This document shows positions 39,401 to 45,926 of a stretch of DNA of 64,000 nt, in pieces; position 1 is the first letter of the stretch; each line of letters starts with the position of its first letter. Origin of the DNA: a virus (Duplodnaviria > Caudoviricetes); IMG/VR virus record IMGVR_UViG_2890388907_000005, positions 1-64,000 of that record; one strand, 5' to 3'. The translations under genes and the position numbers were made by a program. The notes under the pieces were generated by a model. That model ran no database searches. It had not been told where the DNA came from and saw nothing but the letters and a program-made list of their open reading frames with translations.

Positions 39401-41309
39401 CCAGCATGGTCTTCGACGGCTTCTTCGCCCGGCGGATCGCTTCATCGACGGTGGCGAGGCGCGAAGCGGCCTGCTCGGGCGACAGCGCGTCGATGTCGGC
39501 GGCTGGATCGCGCGGCGTCTCCGCTCGCCCCTTCGGTGCGGCCTGCTGCGCCAAAGCGCCCGGCGCCGGCACCTGCGGCGCAGGGCCAGGCGCGTCGGCG
39601 CCCGGTGCGGGCTTCGCCTTCTTCGCCGCCTCCGCGGCGGCATCGGCACGGCGCGCCGCATTCAGGGAGATGTCGAAGGCCTCCGGGGTCAGATCGACCT
39701 CGCGCCCCTCGATCCTGACGATGGCGCTGCCGCCGTCCTCACGCTGGAAGACGCCGTCGACGATCGAGCCTTTCTCGTCCATCAGCCGCACCGCCGCCCC
39801 GGGCTTCATGTCGGGGAAGGCCGGAACCGGTTCCACCTCGGGAACGGGGGTCAGATCGGGGGCAACGGTTGCGGCGCGGCCGATCGGGCCGGCCGGAGCG
39901 GCATCGGGCGGCAGCGGCGCCGCACCGATGTCGAAGACGTCGGACCCCGCTTCCTGGGGAGGGGCGGAAGCGGGGTCCATCCCGCCGGCGGTCCCGGCGC
40001 CTGCAGGATTCGGTGAGGGGCGCTCGCGCAGCGTCGGATCGCTGACCGGGCCAGCGCCGAAAATCGTGCCGCCGCGGTTCGGCGCGGGAAGGGCGAGCCG
40101 CGCCGGGGGCGCCTCGGCATCCCGCTGGCGCCCCTGAGCCGCCCCGACAACCGCGCCTGGCCCGGCACCGCCCATGGCGCCGAGGGCGAAGTCGGCGAAG
40201 GTGCCTTCGGTCAGAGAGGCGTCGTCTCCGGTGACGGTCTGCGCGCCGGCGCGCGCCGCCATCGACTCCGCCACCTCCTGGGCACCCTCCTCGATCCCCG
40301 AAAGACCGCCGATTCCCAAGGCGCGGGCGGCAACCCCGCGCGATGCCAGCGCGGAGACGGGCTTGTTCAGGATGCGCTCGGTGACGGCGCCGCCGATGGC
40401 GGCCGGAACCGCCTGAGCCACCCCGCCGGCGGCTTCGGCCATGGTGGTGACCCGCGAGATCGCATCTTCGACGGAGGCGCCCGACGCGATGGCGTCGCGG
40501 AAGACCGCGGAGCCTTGTTCCAGTGCGGCGCGGCCCTCGGAGGTGCCCGCAAGCGCCTCGACATGCTCGCGGCCGGCATCCATGCCTTCCCCGGCGCCCA
40601 TGGCGGCGCCCGCGGCCATAGCCGCAGCCGGGCTCTTGGTGGCCAGCGCCACCGCAACCATGGGCAGGAAGGAACCGGTGGCCTGGGCGGCATGCAGGGC
40701 GACCCCGCGCAGCGAGGGGTCTTCGCCCAGCGTCCAGGTGGAGGGCTTGGTAATGTCGCCGTCGATGCCGGTCCCGGCCAGCGCGGCCTTACCCCGATCC
40801 GAGACACCTTCGGCCAAGGCGTCGCCGCCGCTCTGCACCCATTCCCCGGCCCGCTTCGCCAGCTCACGCGCCTTGGTCTGATGCGGCAGCAGCTGGCCGC
40901 CCGATCCGACGAGTTCGGCCCCCAGCCCGAGTCCCTTGATCGCCGCGCCGGCGCCCTGCAGGGCGCCCCCGGCGACCTGACGGCCCAGATCCCCGACAAG
41001 GCTCCCCTCGTCGGTCGCCGGAGGCGCCTCGGATGCGGCGCGCGGGTAGAGTTCGTCGGCGAGATCATAGGCCCGGTTCAGCACCGGCGCCGGAAGGACA
41101 TCCTCCAGCGTCTCGCCCGCATCCAGCCGCCCCCGCAGCGCCGCGGCTGCGCGTTCAGCATCGACGCCGGCCTCCTCGATCGCCATGAGGACGTTGGCGG
41201 GGATTTGCGCCGACGAGGCCAAGGCCTCCACGCGCTGCCGCCTGATCGCCGGGTCGGAGGCTTCAGGAATAGAACCCGCGGGGCCGAAGCCGAACGGAGT
41301 GGTGGCCAT
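27432..41309 (-). CDS. giant DarB-like polyvalent virion protein (PPase-like, N6-adenine MTase, SNF2 helicase, zincin, PRTase, PLxRFG)
   Basis: DYGYIRGTTGADGDHVD/FDEHKVMLGF; VLEPAMGVGNF and IGNWPF; HEVGTGKT, DESH, EQRNGRGERQGN; HEIIH; LLDDTLTQGGT; YFPLARFG. Confidence 0.92.
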   Translation of the reverse strand: MATTPFGFGPAGSIPEASDPAIRRQRVEALASSAQIPANVLMAIEEAGVDAERAAAALRGRLDAGETLEDVLPAPVLNRAYDLADELYPRAASEAPPATDEGSLVGDLGRQVAGGALQGAGAAIKGLGLGAELVGSGGQLLPHQTKARELAKRAGEWVQSGGDALAEGVSDRGKAALAGTGIDGDITKPSTWTLGEDPSLRGVALHAAQATGSFLPMVAVALATKSPAAAMAAGAAMGAGEGMDAGREHVEALAGTSEGRAALEQGSAVFRDAIASGASVEDAISRVTTMAEAAGGVAQAVPAAIGGAVTERILNKPVSALASRGVAARALGIGGLSGIEEGAQEVAESMAARAGAQTVTGDDASLTEGTFADFALGAMGGAGPGAVVGAAQGRQRDAEAPPARLALPAPNRGGTIFGAGPVSDPTLRERPSPNPAGAGTAGGMDPASAPPQEAGSDVFDIGAAPLPPDAAPAGPIGRAATVAPDLTPVPEVEPVPAFPDMKPGAAVRLMDEKGSIVDGVFQREDGGSAIVRIEGREVDLTPEAFDISLNAARRADAAAEAAKKAKPAPGADAPGPAPQVPAPGALAQQAAPKGRAETPRDPAADIDALSPEQAASRLATVDEAIRRAKKPSKTMLDLRARLAAKVPPPEDMPAPPAAPAKAARNPVAPITTPPEQRMQPDMLGGREVSEAETASREKRRKEWGRFLAIAEGGKSSDDMLLDGREVLIRPGRVIVRAGRGASDQDRRIDTEGLDRDAIASATRGAMREMDRVAPVDMGEGNARSANVDDGAAVDQGAARRGDDNPGGSAAGAQGAAIGADDPGNRPGGADPQDGLVDAAGTGEPAGPLTGGGESAVAEAAKAADPAPTEAQKEAGNYRKGHARWKGFDLSIENPKGGTRSGVGADGAAWEVTMPADYGYIRGTTGADGDHVDFYMGPDEASDKVWIIDQKDAETGAFDEHKVMLGFASASEAEIAYLGGFSDGKGRRRLGGITAMDVPGFKTWLAGGGPSKAAATSEAPTYPYEGVEVENVRAKAAVLRGLPKDRPPQVPGVSLKWDEKEGGFIFARKHADAVLQAAYVEEDRIAAEAGKPARPAPAPARPKPAAPAPAPAAPPVLDDRREQKRRDAIEAGRKAGRAGAMREPPAWLEGDPIADDWRAGYAEGAAQRGVPAAAAPDQPAPAPAAPAAAEPAPAYGASNKLVSADRAAELRERLKAKLGSQINSGIDPEILAIGAELAVFHIEAGARRFADFARAVAADLDTTPTKLRPYLRSWYNGARDMMEDNEISIDGMDDTAAVRAAIQNLEALDTPAGEFPVSPEPAEPDTVATQPQAGTTPDGEGSGAGTGEVGEGGEPDPDGPSAQHRAGDATGEVDDRDLGGAEPGAPSGDEGVGRGDRPRARSRRKDAGRGAGLPEKRDEPVRRAAGSGEGLGDVRPGSDQPSAPGRLNYHITDPDSLFAGGPKARFAKNRRAMEVFEAVSDAGREPSPEEMDAMAGFIGWGSFGQELFQGSWAYPRPKEGWKEEDAWLREHLGKDAWASAQESIINAHYTDPPTVEAIWDAVRAMGFKGGRVLEPAMGVGNFFGMMPRDLEQNSQLTGIELEKTTGGIAKLLYPRANIRVMGYEKSRVADGFYDLVIGNWPFANIKVPDRRYDRLTPSLHDYFFLKALDQVRAGGLVVGITSAFSMDGQKNRVIRNHLAKNAELVAAYRLPSGAFEKYAGTRVVTDIIILRKRAEPKASAEGERWVQSVPWTSPAGQEIHVNQYFLDNPSHVLGELTTGHGTTYGKAGMIVNRPADLAARLKAIASALPADAYQPARRGKEPRFVATTTRDRILSITRGDDGNLYQVQGDNMARLEDVAKIATKSATETAKRMAEIGRLIEVRRAADAVMEADRAGAADAEAKRKTLKLAYDGFVKAHGPIGDSFALSVLKKLRDPNAGLVAALENGDGTPAAIMTKAVVRAAQKLDNPSIREAFVIARNESAILDIERVAELAKQPAETVIADLLDSKAIYRTPGGGYETSDRYLAGNVRVKLAAAREALDGGEDMAASVAALEAVQPPDVPYFQIEARFGADWVDAGINRAFIIETLGLANPDENDVKLTRAMTGWRVEFSDRVAHMPGASDITGAPLPGRRGTGLSLARFFEATLNTQTITVTYEDQDGTYKDTRATETANQKAADLRQKFGAWLWSEPERRVEAERAYNEAMNNTATPQIDGSFLEFPGMALTRGDEPFNLRQHQANAIWRGILNQRGIYGHEVGTGKTITMTGIAVESRRFGLARKPLLIAHNANSAAVAAEAQDTYPGAKILYINNLSPATIDTELARIATDDWDLIVIPHSLLDRLALTHDTLMVMAEEEIAAYEREAIAAAADDGFSLSVEDMDDPEKIKKMRLGVTAKEMVKARKNLLNQIEKQAQRASREGAISFEKLGVDMILVDESHEFKKPPLATRMQVKGLNLGTSNKSLALRFLTSYVKSQRNGTGVHVFTGTPITNTLAEIYHQMFYAMDDVMRAAKVDTWDGFFKAFADTISDVELTSTGEFENVERLAAFINVSELRQLAGQFMDIVFASDMPEFKPRATADGKTMRSKDLTDADRDFLENGRTEKPQGRPYKKIINDIGPMGGDQRRILDEVIYYARAFKQANGKQRREIMRGGGPDSPIVFNNVPNRASMDTRLQEPDAEDHPLSKANRAVRRIAQIYLDQPMATQVLFMDEGYSSETVSTRTDADGNKTRTKKRKFNLADDIVAKLVAKGVRREEIAIVAGGVSAEEKKAIADAMNALKIRVVIGQTKTLGVGVNMQKYLRAMHHLDAPWMPGDLEQRNGRGERQGNTWNTVEEYRYLTEGLDGRRWQVLAIKERFIKAFLRAKEGVRVIEGDATDDAEAMDGGSLSDTLSEAAGDPRLMLVSKLNKAVERLQARERIHVAGIADATRRIRQITAQTEALEKTLPPLRNDAAHVAGIRAAGTFSATVDGKRFDERAPAEVAIAEFLAKAATRMGKGSTEIVPVEVNGFAIRLEKPSYSYRVEDVSIDIIRKSERRVGKMTLPSIEAAIRRIADAVSDSERLIDENGAMLARLERAQDEPFQQAGDLAKKQAQRDAILADMEANPVPAPGWLRAGAPLDTLIYVDGEERVVTGHRWLATGWFVSTEQGDVPYMEVRSESGVPLYDERAFEAPEISEGSKMRRGDEAAEAAAEMRDRPVVATPGGDELAEADLAGITRDLNADLKAHGLDQKVTVRAVRLLLGASGVEVKGTFRTAGGGRIDVAAGDDARGVMRHEIIHALRSERLWNRPLGLFRPEEWAALERAARADAEIMDWVRTRYPDLTDAKQAEEAVAELYRLWAQGREATGPAGRALARIRAFVEAVANLLRGRGFVSAAMTMEQIARGEIGGRGPQGPGGSRRAAGADMGAEMRGRVSIPRVIIAGELASVSSHPDYAAAKAGDLAAATRLAVDKVTDDLVAQVRAALGDAKPLIVPVVAEEATGRNKIPRAAAEVLAARLGLEPATGIGQTNAPHRTALGGLDRIFAQPVFNGPVEPGRDYLLLDDTLTQGGTFATLAAHIEAGGGRVIGAVALTGKQYSATLTLSPETLSRLRERHGDLEPDFIAATGHGFDSLTESEARYLANYKSADAVRVRVLDEGRRRGGGNHTGDASGSSELRAGLIPSRDRFRGTLGRIDRQSVSRWVSSIITDRMAAENLSLLALVPGRPLFAEMGKHLNGARRYLRVKDEMDALRNQWHSRSAGVAEKWYDLAAKDPAANAALMDLMHRSTQAGVDPTGPDTWNSAWLDRARDAISRYGDDAPLWAKDQVEYAARRRRAYARISEMYQALPEAHRALYGEVMREYDRLGNDFERAIVENIEKATKIAMKRAEKEYRREMRRIADEGLEAEERAAAEAEAKERLDKVKLRGGWGSGARMKELRRQFESNRLKGPYFPLARFGDYFVTVRDTEGKVISFSRFETEAKQAAHVKEMEASHPGRVEHGLLAKRGGLRDQVDPTFVADIETMLAGADVSAEVMDMIWQRWLETLPDQSIRTSKIHRKGREGWNRDALRAFSHHMFHGAHQLARLKHGIDLEDAVEDAFDEAAVSADRNRMVALVNEMNRRKEWTMNPTGSGWSAAASSLAFVWYLGVSPAAAIVNLTQTTVIGPAMMRAAFARTSLGDIVGALGQAAKDFGRGRGASWKDQWSVENADIGDAEKAAMAEGYRRGVIDKTQAHDLAAVAESGVEFNPWREKWMRRIGWGFHHAERFNREITYLAAYRLARGEGVPHDLAIDRAADLTWRIHFSYQNSDRPRMMQGDWPKLFLQFRQFTVNSLYRLFRDAHQSLHGASAEERREARVQLVGVTLSMMAHAGITGTWGYGLVMGLLALFFPGDSDDLEEWLQDALLAEKDTPGAAAWNFAMGAALNGVPGQVTGIALSERIGMPNLWFRPPDRDLEGQDMVQHYVNEALGPTVGILFSMGRGAQNVADGDYARGIEALVPKFARDVIRAGRYAAEGVTTRNGDLIVEDVSPWGLLLQANGFTPARIAERYDINSRLKNKEAEVIEERKRLHRRAGDAIRAGDAIPDGVLDAIRDFNARWPEYPITSDTIRQSVQARQRSSERNEGGVSLNQKLDRRLREGLAPAIYN
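30332..30529 (-). CDS. possible nested +1-frame peptide after the PRTase domain
   Basis: C-terminal part LTPSEFESLMKDDAEAAEIIRAMLR is protein-like with GC-rich third positions; start unclear. Confidence 0.35.
   Translation of the reverse strand: MATSNQTSSPPQATASTPSPSPRPDTSRIINPLTPSEFESLMKDDAEAAEIIRAMLRDPASYGRG
36971..37300 (-). CDS. nested +1-frame gene (109 aa, TnpV-like pattern)
   Basis: GC3 bias lies in the nested frame while the host frame is low-complexity; stop sits at the MTase domain boundary. Confidence 0.65.
   Translation of the reverse strand: MEKAAAQALAKWAKVESRTLMDHPHNIGPGTPLEKWMIETWEAQNPGLHQAMKEWGAVTALAHVLVERMLDAERDYLKSGMNPSDARQEAVKDWAMFDPEATSPLPPGA
38765..38968 (-). CDS. nested +1-frame gene (67 aa)
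   Basis: GGGGGAAGGAA-ATG; MLDLPMWMTARQSIKALLAAGMITPEEA...; stop just before the PPase-like domain. Confidence 0.6.
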   Translation of the reverse strand: MLDLPMWMTARQSIKALLAAGMITPEEARLARKALRSERTIQGTDPVAPILKMVWLTQLAPASLQVH

Positions 41310-41335
41310 AGCAAAACCTCACGGGTCTGGACTAT

Positions 41336-41358
41336 GGCTGACACATCCTATGGCAGCC
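41336..41358 (-). promoter_or_regulatory. GGA-loop leader hairpin (giant protein)
   Basis: GGCUGcCAU-AGGAU-GUGuCAGCC. Confidence 0.6.
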
Positions 41359-41401
41359 CGTTTCCCCATGAATACCTGATCCGGTGGGGACGCGGCAACA
41401 A

Positions 41402-43108
41402 TCAGTTCGGCCGGTAGAGGACCGGGGGGGGCGCGGTTGTGGAGGCGCCACCCCCGCCCGTCAGTGCCTCGCGCACCGCGCCGACACTCCGCTGCGCTTG
41501 ACCGATGGCTTCCTCCATCGACACGGTCGGCCGCCCGTCGAGTCCCTTGCTGTTTTCGACGATGTCCTGGGCGAGGGACAGGATCTGCTTCTCCTCTGCC
41601 GCCCGGGCGCCCTCGGCCTTGTCGCGCGCGCCCATCGCCGCGGAGGCAGCGGCCGACTGGCGTTCATAGTAGATCTCGAAGGCCCGCGACGGTTCCAGCA
41701 GGCCAAGCCCCAGTTTCAGCACATCGTCGGCGCCCTGATAGACCTGCTCATAGGTCTGGCCGGTCTTCGTGTTGCGGAACACGAGACGCGCCGCCGCTGG
41801 GTTTCCGGCCTTGTCATAGGTCCAGCCGGATTGATCTTCGACCAGCTCGACGCCATCGGGGAAGTATCCGGCGCGGTTGTAGGCGCGGATCACATGCTCG
41901 CCGAAGCGTTCGACATCGCCCAGCGTTGCCGCCGCCGCCGCCGCCGCCCAGTCTTTCATGCCCTCGCGCGCCTCGACGGTGTCCATGAACTCCATGAACT
42001 TCTGGGCACGGTCGAAATCCCCGCGGCTCAACATCCCCTCGATGATCTTGGGGGCCGAGACGGTCATGTAGTGGTCGAGGGCGAAGGCGCCGGCGCGCTC
42101 GTATTGGGCCGGGCCGGCCTTGCCGCCCGGGGCCACACCGGCGGCCTTGATGCCGGCCTGCGCCGCCTCCGCGACCGGCGCAGGGGCGGCGTTGACCTGT
42201 TCCACCGCATCCGCGGCCACCTTCTTCACCGTGGCGGGCGCGGCGGCCGGAACCTTCGACCGCAAAGGGGCATGCGCGGGCGGCGCGGGCGGCGTCGCCG
42301 GGGCGACGGGCTGCGGTGCGATCCCCAGTGCTTCGCGGGCGATCTCGCGCTGGCGGGCGGGCAGATCGGGGTTGGTGGCCCAGCCGCGCCGCATCCGTTC
42401 CTCCTCGGCCGCGATCCGCGCCTCGAATTCGGCGCGGCGCGGATCTGCCTGGGACGGCGCCGCTGCCTCCGGCTTGGGGAGGTATCGCACCCCGGCCGGC
42501 CCCTGCAGGCCCAGTTCGTCCGCGATGGCCCGGCTGGGCGCGGGCGCAACCGGGGTGCCGTCAGGCAGATAGCGGATGCCGCCATTGTAGCCGCTGGGGC
42601 GCGGTGCCGCCTGGGGCAGCTTTTCCGCGGCGGCGCGGGTGGGTCCGGGCCGGGGCTGGGCCGGACGGAGCGACTCCGCGGGCATCGTGCGCTGCATCAC
42701 CTGGGCCGCGGCATCCATCTGCGGCCGCGGAACGACGATGCTGGGGTCGATGCCCAGTTCCTGCGCGACCCCGCGGGCTGGCGAGACGGCCGGTTCCCCC
42801 CCCTGCGTCGAGGTGGTGGTTTCGCCTGCGCCCGTGCCGCCGCCGGCCTCCGCTGCCGCGTCGGCGAAGAGGTCGCGGTAGAAATCGTCATCTTCACGGG
42901 CGCGGGTCCAGTCGGCGTCGTCGCGGTCATAGGCCCGCATCTGGCGATCATGGCGTTCCTGCGCCCGCGCCGCCTCGGCCTCGGTCAGCTTGTCCAGGCG
43001 CGCCTGACGCTCCTTGTCGTCCTTCCGGTCCTGCCATGCATGCTTGATCTCGCGGCCCCTGAAAAAGCCGTCCGCGAACCCCGAGATGCCGTAGGCGACA
43101 CTGGCCAT
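41402..43108 (-). CDS. putative internal virion/ejection protein
   Basis: GISGFADGFFRG N-terminus, coiled coil, Ala/Pro-rich; lies before the giant protein. Confidence 0.7.
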   Translation of the reverse strand: MASVAYGISGFADGFFRGREIKHAWQDRKDDKERQARLDKLTEAEAARAQERHDRQMRAYDRDDADWTRAREDDDFYRDLFADAAAEAGGGTGAGETTTSTQGGEPAVSPARGVAQELGIDPSIVVPRPQMDAAAQVMQRTMPAESLRPAQPRPGPTRAAAEKLPQAAPRPSGYNGGIRYLPDGTPVAPAPSRAIADELGLQGPAGVRYLPKPEAAAPSQADPRRAEFEARIAAEEERMRRGWATNPDLPARQREIAREALGIAPQPVAPATPPAPPAHAPLRSKVPAAAPATVKKVAADAVEQVNAAPAPVAEAAQAGIKAAGVAPGGKAGPAQYERAGAFALDHYMTVSAPKIIEGMLSRGDFDRAQKFMEFMDTVEAREGMKDWAAAAAAATLGDVERFGEHVIRAYNRAGYFPDGVELVEDQSGWTYDKAGNPAAARLVFRNTKTGQTYEQVYQGADDVLKLGLGLLEPSRAFEIYYERQSAAASAAMGARDKAEGARAAEEKQILSLAQDIVENSKGLDGRPTVSMEEAIGQAQRSVGAVREALTGGGGASTTAPPPVLYRPN

Positions 43109-43109
43109 G

Positions 43110-43382
43110 TCAGTTCTCCATGAAACGCCAGCGCGGCAGCTGGCAGCGTAGCACCGCAGAGCCGCGGAAGGCGCAGGGTTGACGATCGGTGATGCGAGTC
43201 ACCTTGGGCTCGCCGGTCTTCTCCGTCCACAGAATGGCGCCGCCGATCAGCCGATCGGCCTCGACGAACTCGCAGAAGGTCGCGAAATCCGCGAATTCGG
43301 TCTCGATGAACGAGAACGGCGCGCGCCGCGGCGTGGCCTCGCTTTCCGGTTCAAACCAGACCTGAATGATGCAACCCGCCAT
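43110..43382 (-). CDS. hypothetical protein
   Basis: AGGAG SD; 90 aa, tightly packed between ejection genes. Confidence 0.65.
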   Translation of the reverse strand: MAGCIIQVWFEPESEATPRRAPFSFIETEFADFATFCEFVEADRLIGGAILWTEKTGEPKVTRITDRQPCAFRGSAVLRCQLPRWRFMEN

Positions 43383-43391
43383 ATCTCGCTC

Positions 43392-44075
43392 CTATCCCTG
43401 CACCCCAAGCGGGCGCGTCGGCATCCCGCCTTTTGCCTCGAACGCGGCGATGGCCTTGTCCAGCGCGGCATCCGAGACATGCCGGAAGCCCTGCCATTCC
43501 GCCCGCAGCGCCGCCCGCTTCGCCGCCGGACTTCCAGCGCCGGCCAGACGCCGGCTGGCAAGGTGATCTGCCATCGCGTTCTGCGTGTCCGCATCGAACC
43601 GGGTGTCGGGCGACAAGCCCATCTCGGTCGCCGCGGAACGCAGCGTGGTTCCGACAATCTGGTGGCGACCCATGGGTGTGGCGACATGGCCGACATTTCC
43701 CTTCACCCACTGGCCATAGGCACCGGATGGGGAGGCGAAGTCGTAGAGTTCGCCCAGAGTCATCTGGGAGACCTTGACCCCGTCGAAAGCGCCTCCGTTC
43801 TGGGAGTGGCCGTAGAGGGTGTCGTAGTTTCCAGCCCCCTCGGTCGCGTCGATCAGCCCGAAAAGGGTGCCGTCGCCCGAGGCACCGCCGCCGCTCGCGG
43901 CCGTGCCCGTGCCGGTGCTGCCGCCGCCCGCCGCACCGCTGGCTCCACGGTTTTCGAGCGCCGAGATCCAGCGATCCATCTGCGCCGCAGCCTGCTGTCG
44001 CTCCTGCCTCGCATCCTTCATCATCTTGCCCTGCGCGAGACCCTGCGCGAGCCCGGCCAGCCCCATTGCGGTCAT
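43392..44075 (-). CDS. ejection protein with lysozyme-like (lambda R-type) domain
   Basis: LIDATEG..NYDTLYG, MGRHQIVGTTL, FDADTQNAMA, EWQGF. Confidence 0.75.
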   Translation of the reverse strand: MTAMGLAGLAQGLAQGKMMKDARQERQQAAAQMDRWISALENRGASGAAGGGSTGTGTAASGGGASGDGTLFGLIDATEGAGNYDTLYGHSQNGGAFDGVKVSQMTLGELYDFASPSGAYGQWVKGNVGHVATPMGRHQIVGTTLRSAATEMGLSPDTRFDADTQNAMADHLASRRLAGAGSPAAKRAALRAEWQGFRHVSDAALDKAIAAFEAKGGMPTRPLGVQG

Positions 44076-45034
44076 GCCGCCACCCCCATGGGTTTCGGCT
44101 TCGTCTTGCCCGCCTTCTTCTGGGTGAGGGCATCGACCTTCTTGGCCAGCTGCTGGACCGCGCCCATGGTGACGCCCATGGCGGTGATCGGGTCGATGGT
44201 GGTGCCGTCGCCGACGCCGGTGGCTGCGGCGAAGTCCTCGGCATAGGGGCCGACATGCTCGCCCTCGTCGGCGACGCCCGCCTTGTAGCGCCATTTCTCC
44301 ACCGGCATCTTCTCGACCGCGGCCAGGGCATCGAAGGGGCGTTTATCCTCCTTCACCTTTTCCGAGGACATGAAGGCGCCCGCCATCATCCCCAGCGACC
44401 CGAACATCTGCATCTGGCTCTGCGCCGCCATCTGGGAGGACTGCAGCTCCTGCTGATACTGGGTGTTCAGCAGGCTTCCGGCCTGGTTGTAGCCCTGCAT
44501 CGCGCCGTTGGCGCCGGCGCTGACCGCGCCATTGGAGAGCCCCATGGAGGTGGCCGGGTTGACGGCCAGACCCGCCCCCATGTTGATCGCGTTCGCCATT
44601 TTGGCGTCGGCTTCGGCTTCGACGGTGCGGCGGGACATATTCGCGGCGCCCGCCGAGGCAAGCGCGGTGTCGGTGGCGCCCTTCTGGGTCTCCGCGGCGT
44701 AGCGCCCGGAGGTCGGATCGACCCCCATCGCCATCATCGACCGGCTGCGCTGCCCGGCGGCCAACGCGCTCTGGTTCTGCACATCGGCGACGGCCTGATC
44801 GGCGACGCTCTGCTTGCGTTCCGCCGAGTCCCAGCCTTGCGCCTCGGCGATGTATTGGTCCTGCAGGGGCTGGAAAACGGTCTGCTCGCGCTCCCGATCC
44901 TCAAGGGCCCAGCTGTTGGTGATCTCGGCCTGCGACTTCATGAAGTCGAGGAATTCGGCGCCGGTTCTCGCCGAGATCATCGCGGCCTGACCGATCTGCG
45001 GATCTGCCTCGGGTGCGTCGTAGCTGTTGCCCAT
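44072..45034 (-). CDS. virion protein with C-terminal peptidase S74-like domain
   Basis: MSSEKVKED...VEKMPVEKWRYK...HVGPYAEDF...GAVQQLAKKV. Confidence 0.75.
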   Translation of the reverse strand: MGNSYDAPEADPQIGQAAMISARTGAEFLDFMKSQAEITNSWALEDREREQTVFQPLQDQYIAEAQGWDSAERKQSVADQAVADVQNQSALAAGQRSRSMMAMGVDPTSGRYAAETQKGATDTALASAGAANMSRRTVEAEADAKMANAINMGAGLAVNPATSMGLSNGAVSAGANGAMQGYNQAGSLLNTQYQQELQSSQMAAQSQMQMFGSLGMMAGAFMSSEKVKEDKRPFDALAAVEKMPVEKWRYKAGVADEGEHVGPYAEDFAAATGVGDGTTIDPITAMGVTMGAVQQLAKKVDALTQKKAGKTKPKPMGVAA

Positions 45035-45483
45035 CAGTGGCCTCCTTCCAGCCAGGTGCATTCTTCGCGCCTCATCCCGAACAGGATGGCATCCTCGCCG
45101 GTGAAATATCCGCCGCGGAGGCGCGCCTCGAACTGAAATCCGGCGCGCAGCGCCGCGATCTGCGCGGGATGGTTGCTCACCGCGGTCAGCGTCGTCATCC
45201 GGCGGCACCCGCGATGCAGGAACACATAGGCGCCCACCAGCTTGAGGATGCCGCGATCCGCCCAGCGCCGCGATCCGTTCGAGGCGGTATCGAGGGTGCA
45301 GGCGCCGTTCATGAAGCAGCTGGCCGTGATCACCGCGACGATCTGGCCGTCGTCGTCCACGACTCCCATCGGGACCGCGTCGGGCGGCAGCCGGCCGGGG
45401 GCGAGCCCAAGGCGTTCCTCCGCCCAGGCGCGCAGCGGCGCGACGAGATCGGCTCCCATGATGAGGTCGAGCGGCATGGACAT
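45034..45483 (-). CDS. GNAT family acetyltransferase
   Basis: YVFLHRGCRRMTTLTAVSNHPAQ...AGFQFEARLR...GEDAILFGMRREEC. Confidence 0.8.
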   Translation of the reverse strand: MSMPLDLIMGADLVAPLRAWAEERLGLAPGRLPPDAVPMGVVDDDGQIVAVITASCFMNGACTLDTASNGSRRWADRGILKLVGAYVFLHRGCRRMTTLTAVSNHPAQIAALRAGFQFEARLRGGYFTGEDAILFGMRREECTWLEGGH

Positions 45484-45500
45484 GCTCCGGGCGTCAAATG

Positions 45501-45519
45501 GCGGCACGTCCTATCCCGC
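45501..45519 (-). promoter_or_regulatory. GGA-loop leader hairpin (ejection operon)
   Basis: GCGGgAU-AGGAC-GUgCCGC. Confidence 0.55.
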
Positions 45520-45551
45520 GGCGGCAGAATAGCAGGTCGGCGCCGCGCTCG

Positions 45552-45926
45552 CTAGCGCAGCCTCGCCAGCACACCGGAGAGGACAAGCAGAACGATCGTG
45601 ATGATGCACAGCAGGAAGGCCGGGATATTCCCGACGACGGCCGATGCCGCCGCCCAGGCGCCCAGCGTGACGAACCCGAGATCGGCGAGCCCATCCGAGG
45701 GCGATGCGTCGGCTTCACGGACCTGGGCCGCCTCCCAGATGCCGTAGACGATGAAGACGGTGAGGATGGCGATCGCGTCGCCTGCGATTGCGGCCAGTAT
45801 CGCGGCGGGGGCCATGCCGAAGATGACGGCATGGGCGCATTGGTTGCCCGCCCACGCCTCCGCATCATCGGGATAGGCGGAAGGCGTCTTGAACAAGTGC
45901 AGGAACAGGCCGATCAGCTTCTTCAT
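45552..45926 (-). CDS. membrane protein
   Basis: 3-4 hydrophobic segments; ATGA coupling. Confidence 0.7.
   Translation of the reverse strand: MKKLIGLFLHLFKTPSAYPDDAEAWAGNQCAHAVIFGMAPAAILAAIAGDAIAILTVFIVYGIWEAAQVREADASPSDGLADLGFVTLGAWAAASAVVGNIPAFLLCIITIVLLVLSGVLARLR

Noticed and set aside
27141-40016. Very long plus-strand ORFs (1068, 1719, 407, 931 aa) antisense to the giant gene
   Set aside because: Typical antisense shadows of GC3-biased coding sequence; no recognisable motifs.
43385-43398. ATAGGAG here and at 53735-53742 as further GGA hairpins
   Set aside because: Explained by a TAG stop fused to an AGGAG SD; lacks the GUG arm and stem.
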